A DNA stretch of 60,447 nucleotides from Candidatus Levybacteria bacterium GW2011_GWA1_37_16 (GCA_943357985.1 CALRGR010000005.1:1-60447); one strand, 5' to 3'; counted from the stretch's first letter, positions 8,312-17,875 are shown. Program-made: numbers and translations. Notes: generated by a model from the letters alone, not told the origin.

Positions 8312-8950
8312 ATGGAGTACCAGAAGCTAGCTGAAACATATTTTCCTTTTATACGACGTCACTTTTTGCCACTAGCCTTGGGATTTGTTGGAATGATGTT
8401 CTTGAGTTATGGTTTGATATCTTTATTAGCTTCTAAAAATTCACAAAATCAAGTAGTCTTTGAGCCTGGTCCTTCGGAAACCTCAGGATCTTTAGCAAGT
8501 GCTACTTTATCTCAGCAGATTGTCGTAGACATTGAAGGAGCTGTTGAACGACCTGGTGTTTATAAACTTAAGTCTGATGCAAGAATTCAAGATGTTCTTA
8601 TATCTTCCGGCGGACTTTCCGCAAAAGCAGATAGATCTTGGGTAAGTAAGAATCTCAACCTTGCTTCAAAATTAACTGACGGAGCAAAGCTCTATATACC
8701 AACGCAGGGAGAAAATTACACTTCGGGAAGTTCGGTCCTCAGTGCTCAAGCAACTCAAAATTCGAGTGGTCTTATAAACATCAACAATTCCACTGCAGGT
8801 GAATTGGATAGTCTTCCTGGTATAGGAGTGGTTACTGCAGGCAAAATCATAAATGGTAGGCCATATGCGGCCTTAAATGACCTGTTGGAAAAGAAGATAG
8901 TAGGTAGTAAGGTATTTTTACAGATTAAGGATAAAATAAGCATCTATTAA
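8312..8950 (+). CDS. comEA: ComEA-type DNA-binding competence protein (TM anchor, SLBB-like, C-terminal helix-hairpin-helix)
   Basis: VDIEGAVERPGVYKLKSDARIQDVL (SLBB-like) and NINNSTAGELDSLPGIGVVTAGKIINGRPY (HhH). Confidence 0.85.
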   Translation: MEYQKLAETYFPFIRRHFLPLALGFVGMMFLSYGLISLLASKNSQNQVVFEPGPSETSGSLASATLSQQIVVDIEGAVERPGVYKLKSDARIQDVLISSGGLSAKADRSWVSKNLNLASKLTDGAKLYIPTQGENYTSGSSVLSAQATQNSSGLININNSTAGELDSLPGIGVVTAGKIINGRPYAALNDLLEKKIVGSKVFLQIKDKISIY

Positions 8951-10176
8951 TGAACAGAAAGCTGCTCATCTTTTGCGCACTCTTATTTTTTCTTCTCACG
9001 CTTCGCTTCTATTCCTTTTACAGCAGCCGGGAAGTCTATTTTGATAAGCAGCAAATAAGTTTTCACAGCACGCTTCTTTCTGAATCTAAGTTTGTTAGCA
9101 ATCGGCAAAGCCTGACTGCTAATTTACCAAATGGCGAGAAAATTTTTATAACAACAGATGCATATTCGAGCTTCAATTTTGGAGACAAATTGATTATTTC
9201 TGGCACTTTAAATAAGCAATTGCTAAATAATAAAAGAAGTATTTGGATAATGCTTTTTCCAAAAATTGAAATTTTCGGAAACTCACTGGGGCTGCTAAGC
9301 AATTTCCGGAAGAAAGTAATATCTCTTTTTGATAAAACTCTTCCTCAGCCATCCGGAAGCCTTCTTTTGGGAATTGTGTTTGGAATAAAAGAGCAGATGG
9401 ACGCGGATTTCGTCCAAGATTTGAGGAATGTTGGGGTACTCCATGTCATCGCCGCGTCAGGAATGAATGTTGTTATGGTCGGAGGATTTATGAGCAGTTT
9501 ATTTTCGTTCTTCTTCAAAAGGCAACTTGCTTTAGCTCTGAGTATTTTTGGAATTCTATTTTATGCGGTCCTTTCAGGACTTGAGCCTTCAATTATCAGA
9601 GCTAGCATAATGGGAGGATTGGTTTTCTTGTCTCAAATTATAGGCCGGCAAAATTCAGCTTCCTATGCGCTATTTTTAGCAGGTTTTGGAATGCTTTTCC
9701 TTTCTCCGGTTCTTATATCGGATGTTGGATTTCAACTTTCTTTTACCGCAACAGCTGGACTTTTGTATCTTCGTCCGTTGTTTGCAAGAGGAGGAAAAAC
9801 TAAAATACTCATCGAAAAATCGATAATCGGAGAAGATATAGTTACAACAATTTCGGCACAAATTGCAACTTTGCCGATTTTACTTGCCAATTTTGGAATC
9901 TACTCGCTTTGGTCGGTTGTGGTTAATGCTCTGGTTTTGTGGACTGTTCCGCCTCTTATGATTTTAGGAGGAATTGGAGCAATTTTCGGCCTTGTTTTTT
10001 CCTCAATCGGACAAATATTTATTTATCTTTGTCTACCTTTCCTTTTTTATTTTGAGAAAATAGTCTCGATTTTTGGAAGCGGAACAGGACTGCTAAATGT
10101 CCAAGTCTTGCCATGGGAAATAATTGTGGGATATTACTTAATATTGACTGCCATTGTTTTAAGCCGGCATAGATAA
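8950..10176 (+). CDS. comEC: ComEC/Rec2 N-terminal and channel part (OB/DUF4131-like plus competence TM domain), without MBL domain
   Basis: 408 aa, polytopic. Contains the motif LRNVGVLHVIAASGMNVVMVGGF typical of the ComEC competence domain. The ORF stops before any metallo-beta-lactamase domain. Confidence 0.85.
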   Translation: MNRKLLIFCALLFFLLTLRFYSFYSSREVYFDKQQISFHSTLLSESKFVSNRQSLTANLPNGEKIFITTDAYSSFNFGDKLIISGTLNKQLLNNKRSIWIMLFPKIEIFGNSLGLLSNFRKKVISLFDKTLPQPSGSLLLGIVFGIKEQMDADFVQDLRNVGVLHVIAASGMNVVMVGGFMSSLFSFFFKRQLALALSIFGILFYAVLSGLEPSIIRASIMGGLVFLSQIIGRQNSASYALFLAGFGMLFLSPVLISDVGFQLSFTATAGLLYLRPLFARGGKTKILIEKSIIGEDIVTTISAQIATLPILLANFGIYSLWSVVVNALVLWTVPPLMILGGIGAIFGLVFSSIGQIFIYLCLPFLFYFEKIVSIFGSGTGLLNVQVLPWEIIVGYYLILTAIVLSRHR

Positions 10177-10214
10177 TTGGCATTTGTATCTGTTTTTAGG
10201 TATAATCTGCGTTT

Positions 10215-11462
10215 ATGAAGGAAGGAGTAATTCCCGCCGCTGTTGATCAAAGGGTGGTAGACCGTGAAACCGGAGATTGGTACGATTTTCGTGGCAAACT
10301 CCTAAACGATTTAGGCAAAGATCTTCCTTTAATAGGTGGTCAGGCAAATTTTTTGGCTCAATCAGAAAGCCGTGGTTTTCATAATGGAAGAACGTTTGTA
10401 AGCGGGCCGGCAAGACACTGGCTAATGGCTATAGGTATTGATGGAGTTTATGATCGTTTTAAAAAAGGTAAGCCTCTTGGAAAAAGACAGGACAAGGCAT
10501 TAACCGCCTTTTGTTATTACGTGTTTACGGATGCAAGATTTGAGCCGATTGGTAAGATGATGGGCTATACAGCAGGAGTAGTATCGATAAGACTTTATGA
10601 CAGCATTTTAAATGCATTTAATGACTCCGCTTCAGATCAAGTAAGGGCTCGATTACCCTTTAACAAGGACAACTTCAGAAAGGTGGGAGTCAAAATAAAC
10701 ATGCCATCCAGATCCGAAGAGTTTGCTCTAAAGATGTCTGACGTAAAGGGAGGAACTTTGCGCGAAGTTAGGCAATTAATCGATGCAGGAATTACAGATT
10801 CTGCTGTGATTTCAGATTCTTTAAAGATACCCGTGGACAAAGCAGGAAAAGCGATTACACTATTTCGCAGAAGAAAGGTGCTGCCCGAATCCAAGAGAAA
10901 AAGCATGCAAGATTTAGTTCTTGGATTAAAAAAAGCACAAACAGCAAAGGAGGCAAGGGCTCAGTCTGTTGAAGATATCGGTGCGTCTATGGTAAAAAAT
11001 AACCCCGATTTATTTATGGCCATAGGTCGTGTTGTTGCCCTTGCCGGATTTAGCTGCTCTCCCCGTGAGGTCGGTCTTTTTGCTGATGTATTAAGGAGAG
11101 CAGGAATTGATCCGATCACCATAAAACATTCCACGGATCGCCAAAGTCAGCATCTTTTAAAACAAGAGGTTGAAGATGCTTGTCAGATTCTAAAAGACGA
11201 TGTATCTTTAAAATTCTACAAGCCAATAATTATTAGGAAGCAGGTTGCAGGACCGATATTGTTTAGTTTGCCTAATTGGACTCAGGTAAGTGAGGATTAT
11301 TTTGGTATAGCTGAAATTTTAAGAAGGAAAAATATCCCCAGATCCAACATAGGTTCGATACCCGTACCCGTAATTGCATTTCCCAACATGGGTTTTATGA
11401 TATCGAAATCAAACATGAATGTTTTTAATGCTTGGCTGGAAGAATTACCTGCAGTTGTATAA
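10215..11462 (+). CDS. Hypothetical soluble multi-HTH protein sitting between the two ComEC parts
   Basis: 415 aa. The segment LGKRQDKALTAFCYYVFTDARFEPIGKMMGYTAGVVSIRLYDSILNAF resembles a sigma-70 region-4/LuxR-type HTH. Further HTH-like stretches follow (GGTLREVRQLIDAGITDSAVISDSL). It looks more GC-rich than its flanks by eye. TATAAT lies at 10201-10206, 8 nt before the ATG. Confidence 0.5.
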   Translation: MKEGVIPAAVDQRVVDRETGDWYDFRGKLLNDLGKDLPLIGGQANFLAQSESRGFHNGRTFVSGPARHWLMAIGIDGVYDRFKKGKPLGKRQDKALTAFCYYVFTDARFEPIGKMMGYTAGVVSIRLYDSILNAFNDSASDQVRARLPFNKDNFRKVGVKINMPSRSEEFALKMSDVKGGTLREVRQLIDAGITDSAVISDSLKIPVDKAGKAITLFRRRKVLPESKRKSMQDLVLGLKKAQTAKEARAQSVEDIGASMVKNNPDLFMAIGRVVALAGFSCSPREVGLFADVLRRAGIDPITIKHSTDRQSQHLLKQEVEDACQILKDDVSLKFYKPIIIRKQVAGPILFSLPNWTQVSEDYFGIAEILRRKNIPRSNIGSIPVPVIAFPNMGFMISKSNMNVFNAWLEELPAVV

Positions 11463-11464
11463 AA

Positions 11465-12331
11465 ATGAAGAAAATTGTACTACTCATTCTTCTCTCCTCA
11501 CTTTTTCTAGCCGGAATTTTTGTCTATCAGCAAGCAAAATTTAATGACGGGAAACTTCATATTGTTATTTGTAATGTTGGTCAAGGGGATGCCTTATTTA
11601 TCCGTACTCCTTCTGGTCAAGACGTTTTGATAGATGGCGGTCCGGATAAGTCGGTTCTTACTTGTCTTTCCAATCATATGCCATTTTGGGACCGTGACAT
11701 TGAGCTTATGATACTTACTCACCCCCACACAGACCATTTTATCGGACTCGTCTCCGTTTTAAAAAATTATGAAGTGAAAGCTTTTGCAACAGAGGAATTA
11801 AAAAATAAAGCGGCGGGTTTTGATAAGTTGATGAATTTGATTGTGAGTAAATCTATTCCCATCAGGCGTGTTTTAGCAGGAGATAGATTTATTCTAAAAG
11901 ATGGAGTTCGGTTTGAAATAGTGGGTCCAACGGAAGAATTTATCAAAAAAACAAGTCCTGGTGGTTTCATTGGGGAAAGCGGTGAGTTCGCATCGGTAGA
12001 AACTTTACTCCGGTATGGAAAATTTTCGGCGGTGTTTACAGGAGACAGCCAAGCGATCGAACTTAAAGAGGCTATAGACAAGGATATTTTAGGTAATGTT
12101 GTAGTATTGCAAGTGCCGCATCATGGTTCAAAAACAGGGCTCGATTCTCAAGTCTTGGGTATTTTACAGCCAAGTCTTGCCGTTATCTCAGTCGGCGCAA
12201 AAAATAAATATGGTCATCCAAATCCAATAACTTTGGATTTGCTCAAGCAATTTGGTATAAAAACTTTAAGAACAGATCAGAATGGGGAAGTAGAAATAAT
12301 CTCAGATGGAAGCAGTTGGGGAGTTAAGTAA
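11465..12331 (+). CDS. Membrane-anchored MBL-fold hydrolase corresponding to the ComEC C-terminal (beta-lactamase-like) domain, encoded as a separate gene
   Basis: Start moved to ATG 11465 (MKKIVLLILLSSLFLAGIF...), directly after the upstream stop. Contains ICNVGQGDALFIRTPSGQDVLIDGG and LTHPHTDH (HxHxDH). Confidence 0.8.
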   Translation: MKKIVLLILLSSLFLAGIFVYQQAKFNDGKLHIVICNVGQGDALFIRTPSGQDVLIDGGPDKSVLTCLSNHMPFWDRDIELMILTHPHTDHFIGLVSVLKNYEVKAFATEELKNKAAGFDKLMNLIVSKSIPIRRVLAGDRFILKDGVRFEIVGPTEEFIKKTSPGGFIGESGEFASVETLLRYGKFSAVFTGDSQAIELKEAIDKDILGNVVVLQVPHHGSKTGLDSQVLGILQPSLAVISVGAKNKYGHPNPITLDLLKQFGIKTLRTDQNGEVEIISDGSSWGVK

Positions 12332-12345
12332 GCGGAAGAAATAAG

Positions 12346-13134
12346 TTATAAGCCTACGCCCATTTTGTAAGCGCCTCTTTTTTCTGGTGGAAGATGCCTA
12401 GCAATCATAGTCATGGCGTAATCTATCATGGCTTGCTCCGGCATGAATTCAGAAGGGAGATCATATGCACTAAGGAGAGCTTCATTATTTAAGTGATCTA
12501 TGGAAACTCTAAAATGGCCATTTTCAAAATAACTGGCAGCGGTAAATATTTGTATTTCTCTTTTTACGGCAAGAAGCATTAACTTTCCTGCTCTTGGGTC
12601 TCCTTTTTGTAAGTCTTTTTTTTGTACCCCTTCGGGATATAATCCAACGCTTTCACCCCTTTCCCAGGCCTTGAGCAGTTCTCTTACTCCTGAGGTTCCA
12701 TTGCCATTTCCTACAGTTATAGTATTTGTGGCTTGACCTAATGCTTCGTGTATCAGTTCGATAGCTGAGCTTCCTTTTCCTTGCATCCATCTTATTTTTT
12801 CTTCTGCGGCTTGATAGAAAATATAATCAATAAGAAATGTATTTCCGTATCCTCTAAGTGGTCCTTCGACTGAATGATTAGATAAAAGCAGGATTCCTTT
12901 TTGATTTTCTAATAAATCTGTGCCTTCTACCTCATAACTGAAGCCATCAAGTATGCGCATATTATCTAATGGATGTGTTTTTTGTCCAGTTTTTATTTTT
13001 TCTAAGAATCTGTTGAAGTGAATTTTGCCCTCTGGTTTTAAACCATGACCTCTGCCCCAATATTGAGCGAAAAGAGCAGCGCCATCAATTGCGGCCTCAT
13101 TTATGAATGATGGTAATCTTCTATTTTCATGCAT
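12346..13134 (-). CDS. Acyltransferase-like protein (PlsC/LPLAT-like motifs)
   Basis: LLLSNHSVEGP (NHxxxx[D/E]-like) and VGLYPEGVQKKD (PEG motif). The family assignment is tentative. Confidence 0.4.
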   Translation of the reverse strand: MHENRRLPSFINEAAIDGAALFAQYWGRGHGLKPEGKIHFNRFLEKIKTGQKTHPLDNMRILDGFSYEVEGTDLLENQKGILLLSNHSVEGPLRGYGNTFLIDYIFYQAAEEKIRWMQGKGSSAIELIHEALGQATNTITVGNGNGTSGVRELLKAWERGESVGLYPEGVQKKDLQKGDPRAGKLMLLAVKREIQIFTAASYFENGHFRVSIDHLNNEALLSAYDLPSEFMPEQAMIDYAMTMIARHLPPEKRGAYKMGVGL

Positions 13135-13202
13135 TTGCGGATTGTATATTATTTGTTTTTTATCTGCAAGCTGAAAGCAGAGTGTGATAATATTAAGGTT
13201 GC

Positions 13203-14873
13203 ATGTTGCAGGAAGAAATTATCAAGAAAATTAAAAGTTCGCTTGCGGGAATTTCGGAAGCCGATATTAGACTTAGCCGGCCAACGGATTCTTCTCACGG
13301 GGATTTTACAACCAGCGTCGCGCTTGTTGCTTCTAGGAAACTCGGCAAAAACCCTATCGATATCGCCAATGAACTAAAAGATAACCTCGGAAGTATTGAA
13401 GGAATTGAAAAAATTAAAGTTGCACCGCCCGGATTTATTAATTTTTTTGTTGCTAAGGATAATCTCCTGGATAATCTTTCGGAAATCTTAGAAAAAAAAG
13501 AAAAGTATGGAAAATCAAATAAGCTCGTGGGCAAAAAGATATTGATAGAGTTTGCTCATCCCAACACTCACAAGGAATTTCACATAGGACATCTTAGAAA
13601 CATTTCCACGGGAGAGGCAATTGTTAGAATCTTGGATAATCTTGGCGCAACTACAAAAAGAGCTAATTACCAAGGAGATGTTGGGCTTCATGTTGCAAAA
13701 GCTTTGTTTGGAATTGAAAAGCTTGGCAATATTTCCGAATTTGAAGGAAAGTCATTAAAAGAAAAAGCGGAGTTTTTGGGAAAAGCTTATACATTGGGAT
13801 CAAAATATTACGAAGAAGATGAGCATGCTAAGGAAAAAATATCAGAGATTAATAAGAAGATATATGAGAAAGATTCAGAGACAATGCTTTTGTGGGAAAA
13901 AACCCGTTCTTGGAGCCTTGACTACTTCGACTCGATATATAAACGAGTAGATTCTAAGTTTGACCGCCTATATTTTGAAAGTGAAGTTTTTGATGTTGGA
14001 AAGAAACTTGTTCTTTCGCATATAGACGATGGAATCTTTGAAAAAAGCGAAGGGGCAGTAATATTTGACGGAGAAAAATATGGTCTGCACAAAAGAGTTT
14101 TCATAACAACAGAGGGAAATCCAACTTATGAAGGTAAAGAAATGGGACTTGGGCAGTTGGAATATGAAGAGTTTTCTTTTGACGAGGCAGTTCATGTTGT
14201 TGGACCGGAACAGGCAGGATATTTTAAAGTGGTTTTTAAAGCTCTGGAATTAATAAACCAAGCTCTTGCGGGGAAAGAAAAGCATTTATCTTACGGTTTT
14301 GTTAGGTTAAAGGATGGAAAAATGAGCTCCAGAATGGGGAATGTTATTGCGGGGGAGTGGCTTTTAGATGAAGCAAAGAAGAAAATCTCAGAGTCTTTCA
14401 AGGAAATGGATGAGTGGACTTTGGAGATGGTTGCGGTTGGAGCTGTAAAATATTCAATGCTTAAATTTGGAAGAACTTCAGACATTGCGTTTTCATTTGA
14501 AGATTCAATTTCTCTTGAGGGGAATTCCGGGCCATATATTCAATATACTTTTGCTCGCACGCAAAGTGTTTTGGCAAAAAAAGCGGCGACATCGAAAGTT
14601 TCAAATTCAGATCTCGAAAAAGAGGAGCTAGAAATAATTAGAATGCTGACAAAGTTTGGGGAAGTAGCTGAAGAGGCGGGGAATAGTTTTGCGCCAAATA
14701 TTTTGTGCAATTATTTGTTTGAACTTTGCCAAAAATTTAATCTTTTTTACCAAAAACACAAGATAATCGGCGGAGAAGAAGAGGAATTCCGCCTCGTATT
14801 AACAAAAGCAGTTGGACAAGTCATAAAAAACGGCCTTTATCTTCTAGGCATCGAATCTCCGGAGAAAATGTAG
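13203..14873 (+). CDS. argS: Arginine--tRNA ligase
   Basis: 556 aa. Contains FAHPNTHKEFHIGHLRN (HIGH), MSSRMGN (KMSK-equivalent) and an ArgRS anticodon-binding C-terminus. Confidence 0.93.
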   Translation: MLQEEIIKKIKSSLAGISEADIRLSRPTDSSHGDFTTSVALVASRKLGKNPIDIANELKDNLGSIEGIEKIKVAPPGFINFFVAKDNLLDNLSEILEKKEKYGKSNKLVGKKILIEFAHPNTHKEFHIGHLRNISTGEAIVRILDNLGATTKRANYQGDVGLHVAKALFGIEKLGNISEFEGKSLKEKAEFLGKAYTLGSKYYEEDEHAKEKISEINKKIYEKDSETMLLWEKTRSWSLDYFDSIYKRVDSKFDRLYFESEVFDVGKKLVLSHIDDGIFEKSEGAVIFDGEKYGLHKRVFITTEGNPTYEGKEMGLGQLEYEEFSFDEAVHVVGPEQAGYFKVVFKALELINQALAGKEKHLSYGFVRLKDGKMSSRMGNVIAGEWLLDEAKKKISESFKEMDEWTLEMVAVGAVKYSMLKFGRTSDIAFSFEDSISLEGNSGPYIQYTFARTQSVLAKKAATSKVSNSDLEKEELEIIRMLTKFGEVAEEAGNSFAPNILCNYLFELCQKFNLFYQKHKIIGGEEEEFRLVLTKAVGQVIKNGLYLLGIESPEKM

Positions 14874-14939
14874 TATAGCGATATGTATTGATACGGTTTA
14901 AGGCTTGGCAAAGTCTGTTCGACCTGCTAAAATAAGAGA

Positions 14940-16220
14940 ATGAAGTTTAACCGCACAGTTCTCCCGAATGGCCTCAGAGTTTTAACAATCCCCATGCCAT
15001 CACTTGAGTCCGCAACGGTTTTAGTTATGGTCGGAGCAGGAAGCCGCTATGAAAACAGGAAAAACAGTGGAATTTCCCATTTCCTAGAACACATGGCATT
15101 TAAAGGAACAGTAAAAAGGCCAACCGCAATGGACATTTCGGCTTTGATTGACGGAATGGGCGGGGAATTTAACGCTTTTACTGGAAAGGAAATCACTGGA
15201 TTTTATATTAAATCTTCTGCAGACAATGCAGATCTTTCTTTAGACGTTTTATCTGACATGCTTCAAAATTCAAAACTGGACATAATAGAAATTGAAAAAG
15301 AAAAGGGAGTAATTTTAGAGGAGATAAATTTGTATGAGGATAGCCCCTCAAGAAAAATCGGAGATGTTTTTGAAAGTCTTTTATATGGCGATACTCCAAT
15401 GGGATGGGATATAACAGGAGAAAAAGCTGTAATAAAAAGCACAACGCGGCAAGATTTTATTTCTTACATGAAAAGTCTTTACAGCCCAACAAACATGGTT
15501 ATGGTTGTTGCCGGTGGAATGACAACGGATAAAGCAGTTGCGCTTGCTAAGAAATATTTTGGCAAAATGCGTAACTTTGATACAGTAAAATATAATAAGG
15601 TAATTGAAAATCAGAAAAAGCCTGAAGTTTTAATTAAGAATAAAAGAACAGAGCAGGTACATGTGGCAATTGGTTTCAGAACTGTGCCGATTGATCACGT
15701 TGATCAGCATCCGCTTTCCATTTTGGCTGCAATTTTGGGTGGCGGAATGTCGTCTCGTCTTTTCCATGAAGTTAGAGAAAAAAGAGGACTTGCGTATTAC
15801 GTAAGATCTCACTCTGAACACTATGAAGATGCTGGAAATCTTGCAACATATGCAGGAGTTGATCCAAAAAGAGCAGAGGATGCTGTAGGAGTAATAATTG
15901 AGGAATATAGAAAGTTTGCTGCCGGAATTGCAGGAATTACGGAAGGAGAACTTAAAAAAGCAAAAGAATTTCTAAAAGGACATTTGGTTTTAGAGCTTGA
16001 AGATAGCCGTTCTGTTTGTGGATTTTACGGGCAACAGGAGCTTTTGGAGAAAAAAATTAAAAATCCGGATGAAATCATGAAAGAAGTTGACGCCGTAACA
16101 ATAGGGCAGGTTGAAAAGGCCGCAAAGAAATACTTTAAAAATAAAGGATTGAATATGGCTGTAATCGGCAATTTTGAAGCGGCAGCTAGACAAAACCTAG
16201 AAAAATTGTTAAAGTTATAA
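14940..16220 (+). CDS. M16 family zinc peptidase (pitrilysin/insulinase-like)
   Basis: Inverted zinc motif HFLEHMAFKGT (HxxEH); 426 aa, the typical M16 length. Confidence 0.85.
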   Translation: MKFNRTVLPNGLRVLTIPMPSLESATVLVMVGAGSRYENRKNSGISHFLEHMAFKGTVKRPTAMDISALIDGMGGEFNAFTGKEITGFYIKSSADNADLSLDVLSDMLQNSKLDIIEIEKEKGVILEEINLYEDSPSRKIGDVFESLLYGDTPMGWDITGEKAVIKSTTRQDFISYMKSLYSPTNMVMVVAGGMTTDKAVALAKKYFGKMRNFDTVKYNKVIENQKKPEVLIKNKRTEQVHVAIGFRTVPIDHVDQHPLSILAAILGGGMSSRLFHEVREKRGLAYYVRSHSEHYEDAGNLATYAGVDPKRAEDAVGVIIEEYRKFAAGIAGITEGELKKAKEFLKGHLVLELEDSRSVCGFYGQQELLEKKIKNPDEIMKEVDAVTIGQVEKAAKKYFKNKGLNMAVIGNFEAAARQNLEKLLKL

Positions 16221-16305
16221 GTAGTAGGGTATAGGGAATAGCGTTTAGGGTTAAGTTCGAAAAATAACTATACGCTAGACGCTAATTTCTGAACGCTAAA
16301 AAAAT

Positions 16306-16773
16306 ATGGAAAGAACAGTTGTTTTAGTAAAACCGGACGGAGTACAAAGAGCCTTAATCGGCAAGATTATTGACCGGTTTGAGAAAAAGGGCCTTAAATT
16401 AATAGGGCTTAAAATGATTTCTTTAAGTGACGCAATTTTGGATGAATGGTATTCTCATCACAAAGATAAATCCTTTTTTCCATCTCTCAAGTCTTATATG
16501 AAGTCTTTTCCTGTTGTTGCAATGCTTTGGGAAGGCGTTGACTCAGTAGTAACAGTTAGAAAATTAACAGGAATTACGAAGGCAAGAGAAGCAGACCCGG
16601 GGACAATCCGCGGAGACTTTGCAATGAGCCAGCAATATAATCTAATTCATGCTTCGGAGGATTCAGTTGTTGCTAAAAAAGAAGAAGCATTGGTTTTTAC
16701 AGAAGAAGAAATTTTCTCCTGGAAAAAAACAGATATAGGCCACATTTACCTGGACGAAGAACTAAAAAGTTAG
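16306..16773 (+). CDS. ndk: Nucleoside-diphosphate kinase
   Basis: MERTVVLVKPDGVQRALIGKIIDRFEKKGLKLIGLKM...; the catalytic His lies in NLIHASED. Confidence 0.9.
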   Translation: MERTVVLVKPDGVQRALIGKIIDRFEKKGLKLIGLKMISLSDAILDEWYSHHKDKSFFPSLKSYMKSFPVVAMLWEGVDSVVTVRKLTGITKAREADPGTIRGDFAMSQQYNLIHASEDSVVAKKEEALVFTEEEIFSWKKTDIGHIYLDEELKS

Positions 16774-16780
16774 CCTGCCA

Positions 16781-17141
16781 TTATTTTTCATTGTAACTTA
16801 ATGGAGTATATTTGCCATAAAGTGATTTCTTAGCGCTTTTACTTAAAAGTGAATTGAGTTTTGTATCAAGCTGATCAGGGGCTAAGTTTTGGGTAACGCC
16901 AATTACTCCTGCGTCTTTGCTTTGTCTAGCTAATTTTTTGAAATCGCCAATATTATATGTCACGATAATGTGTTTTTCCTCTTTTGCAATTTTATAAACT
17001 TCCTTGTCAGATATCCCGCCCCTATTTAAATCATGCCTTATGTGTTTAAGGTTGTGCCTATTATTTGTTCTATGGAAAATGCTTCTTGGGGTAAAGTCCT
17101 TCGTCTAAAAGAAGTCTATGTTTATGAAATTTGTGAGGCAT
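16781..17141 (-). pseudogene. Frameshifted DUF5615/Mut7-C-like PIN-type toxin gene
   Basis: Begins ATG at 17141: MPHKFHKHRLLLDEGLYPKKHFP then a stop. The family-like sequence continues in the +1 frame: ...NLKHIRHDLNRGGISDKEVYKIAKEEKHIIVTYNIGDFKKLARQSKDAGVIGV. The ORF-track entry 16781-16963 is its tail. Confidence 0.6.
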
Positions 17142-17337
17142 GACTATTGATTATCATCGAGGCTTCTTTTACGGTACCTTTGATTGCAGCTTTAGACACA
17201 TGAGGATATAGCTCATGAATTGCTTCTATAGGAAAGTCATCATTCAAAAGAAATAATATCTGCTAAACAGGAATACGTGTTCCGGCTATTACAGGTTTTC
17301 CGCCTAATATTTCTGGGTCAGAGGTTATGTATCTCAT
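17122..17337 (-). pseudogene. DUF433-type antitoxin gene with an in-frame TAG
   Basis: MRYITSDPEILGGKPVIAGTRIPV-TAG(17263-17265)-QILFLLNDDFPIEAIHELYPHVSKAAIKGTVKEAS. It overlaps the start of the toxin gene, as in intact pairs. Confidence 0.6.
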
Positions 17338-17491
17338 TATTTAATAATTATATTGTAGCATATCTAGTCAGCTAGTTTATGTATTTATTGTCAAGTAGTA
17401 AAAAAGCTCCATTTTAGTCTCAAATTCTTTTATTAAATATATATAAATATAAAGGGTATATAATCCCATAGTTTAAGGAGAAACTTATATT

Positions 17492-17875
17492 ATGTCGCCA
17501 GAATTCATGGTTTATGTGCCAGAAGAAAAAGTTAATGAATTAAGCTTTATTCCAGGATTAAGAATTCTGGGTGTTATTTCCAGAGAAGAAGTTATTTGGA
17601 CTGATAACAGAAGGCGGGTAGGAATATCTGGAGTAAATCATAGCGAAAGAATAATGCTATCGGGAGAAAGAATAAGAGATTTAAGGAAATTGCAAAATTT
17701 GTCGCGAATATATCTAGCACGTAATGCTCAAGTTTCTGAGGGATATGTGTCTTTAATAGAGAATCAGAGACTTAAAGTTGGTTCTAGTCCGGATATTGCC
17801 ATTAAAATTGCAAAAGTTCTAGGAATTCCTCTTGATGGACTTGTTTACGAAGGACAGAGCCACAAGAGAGAATAA
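17492..17875 (+). CDS. XRE-family helix-turn-helix transcriptional regulator
   Basis: LSGERIRDLRKLQNLSRIYLARNAQVSEGYVSLIENQR is an HTH_3 pattern. A canonical AAGGAG lies 8 nt upstream of the ATG. Confidence 0.75.
   Translation: MSPEFMVYVPEEKVNELSFIPGLRILGVISREEVIWTDNRRRVGISGVNHSERIMLSGERIRDLRKLQNLSRIYLARNAQVSEGYVSLIENQRLKVGSSPDIAIKIAKVLGIPLDGLVYEGQSHKRE

Noticed and set aside
17263-17265. In-frame TAG in the DUF433-like gene, considered as a possible stop-codon reassignment.
   Set aside because: TAG terminates well-defined genes here (def and rpmB). TGA and TAA are also used as stops, and the partner toxin gene is frameshifted too. Ordinary pseudogenisation is the simpler reading.
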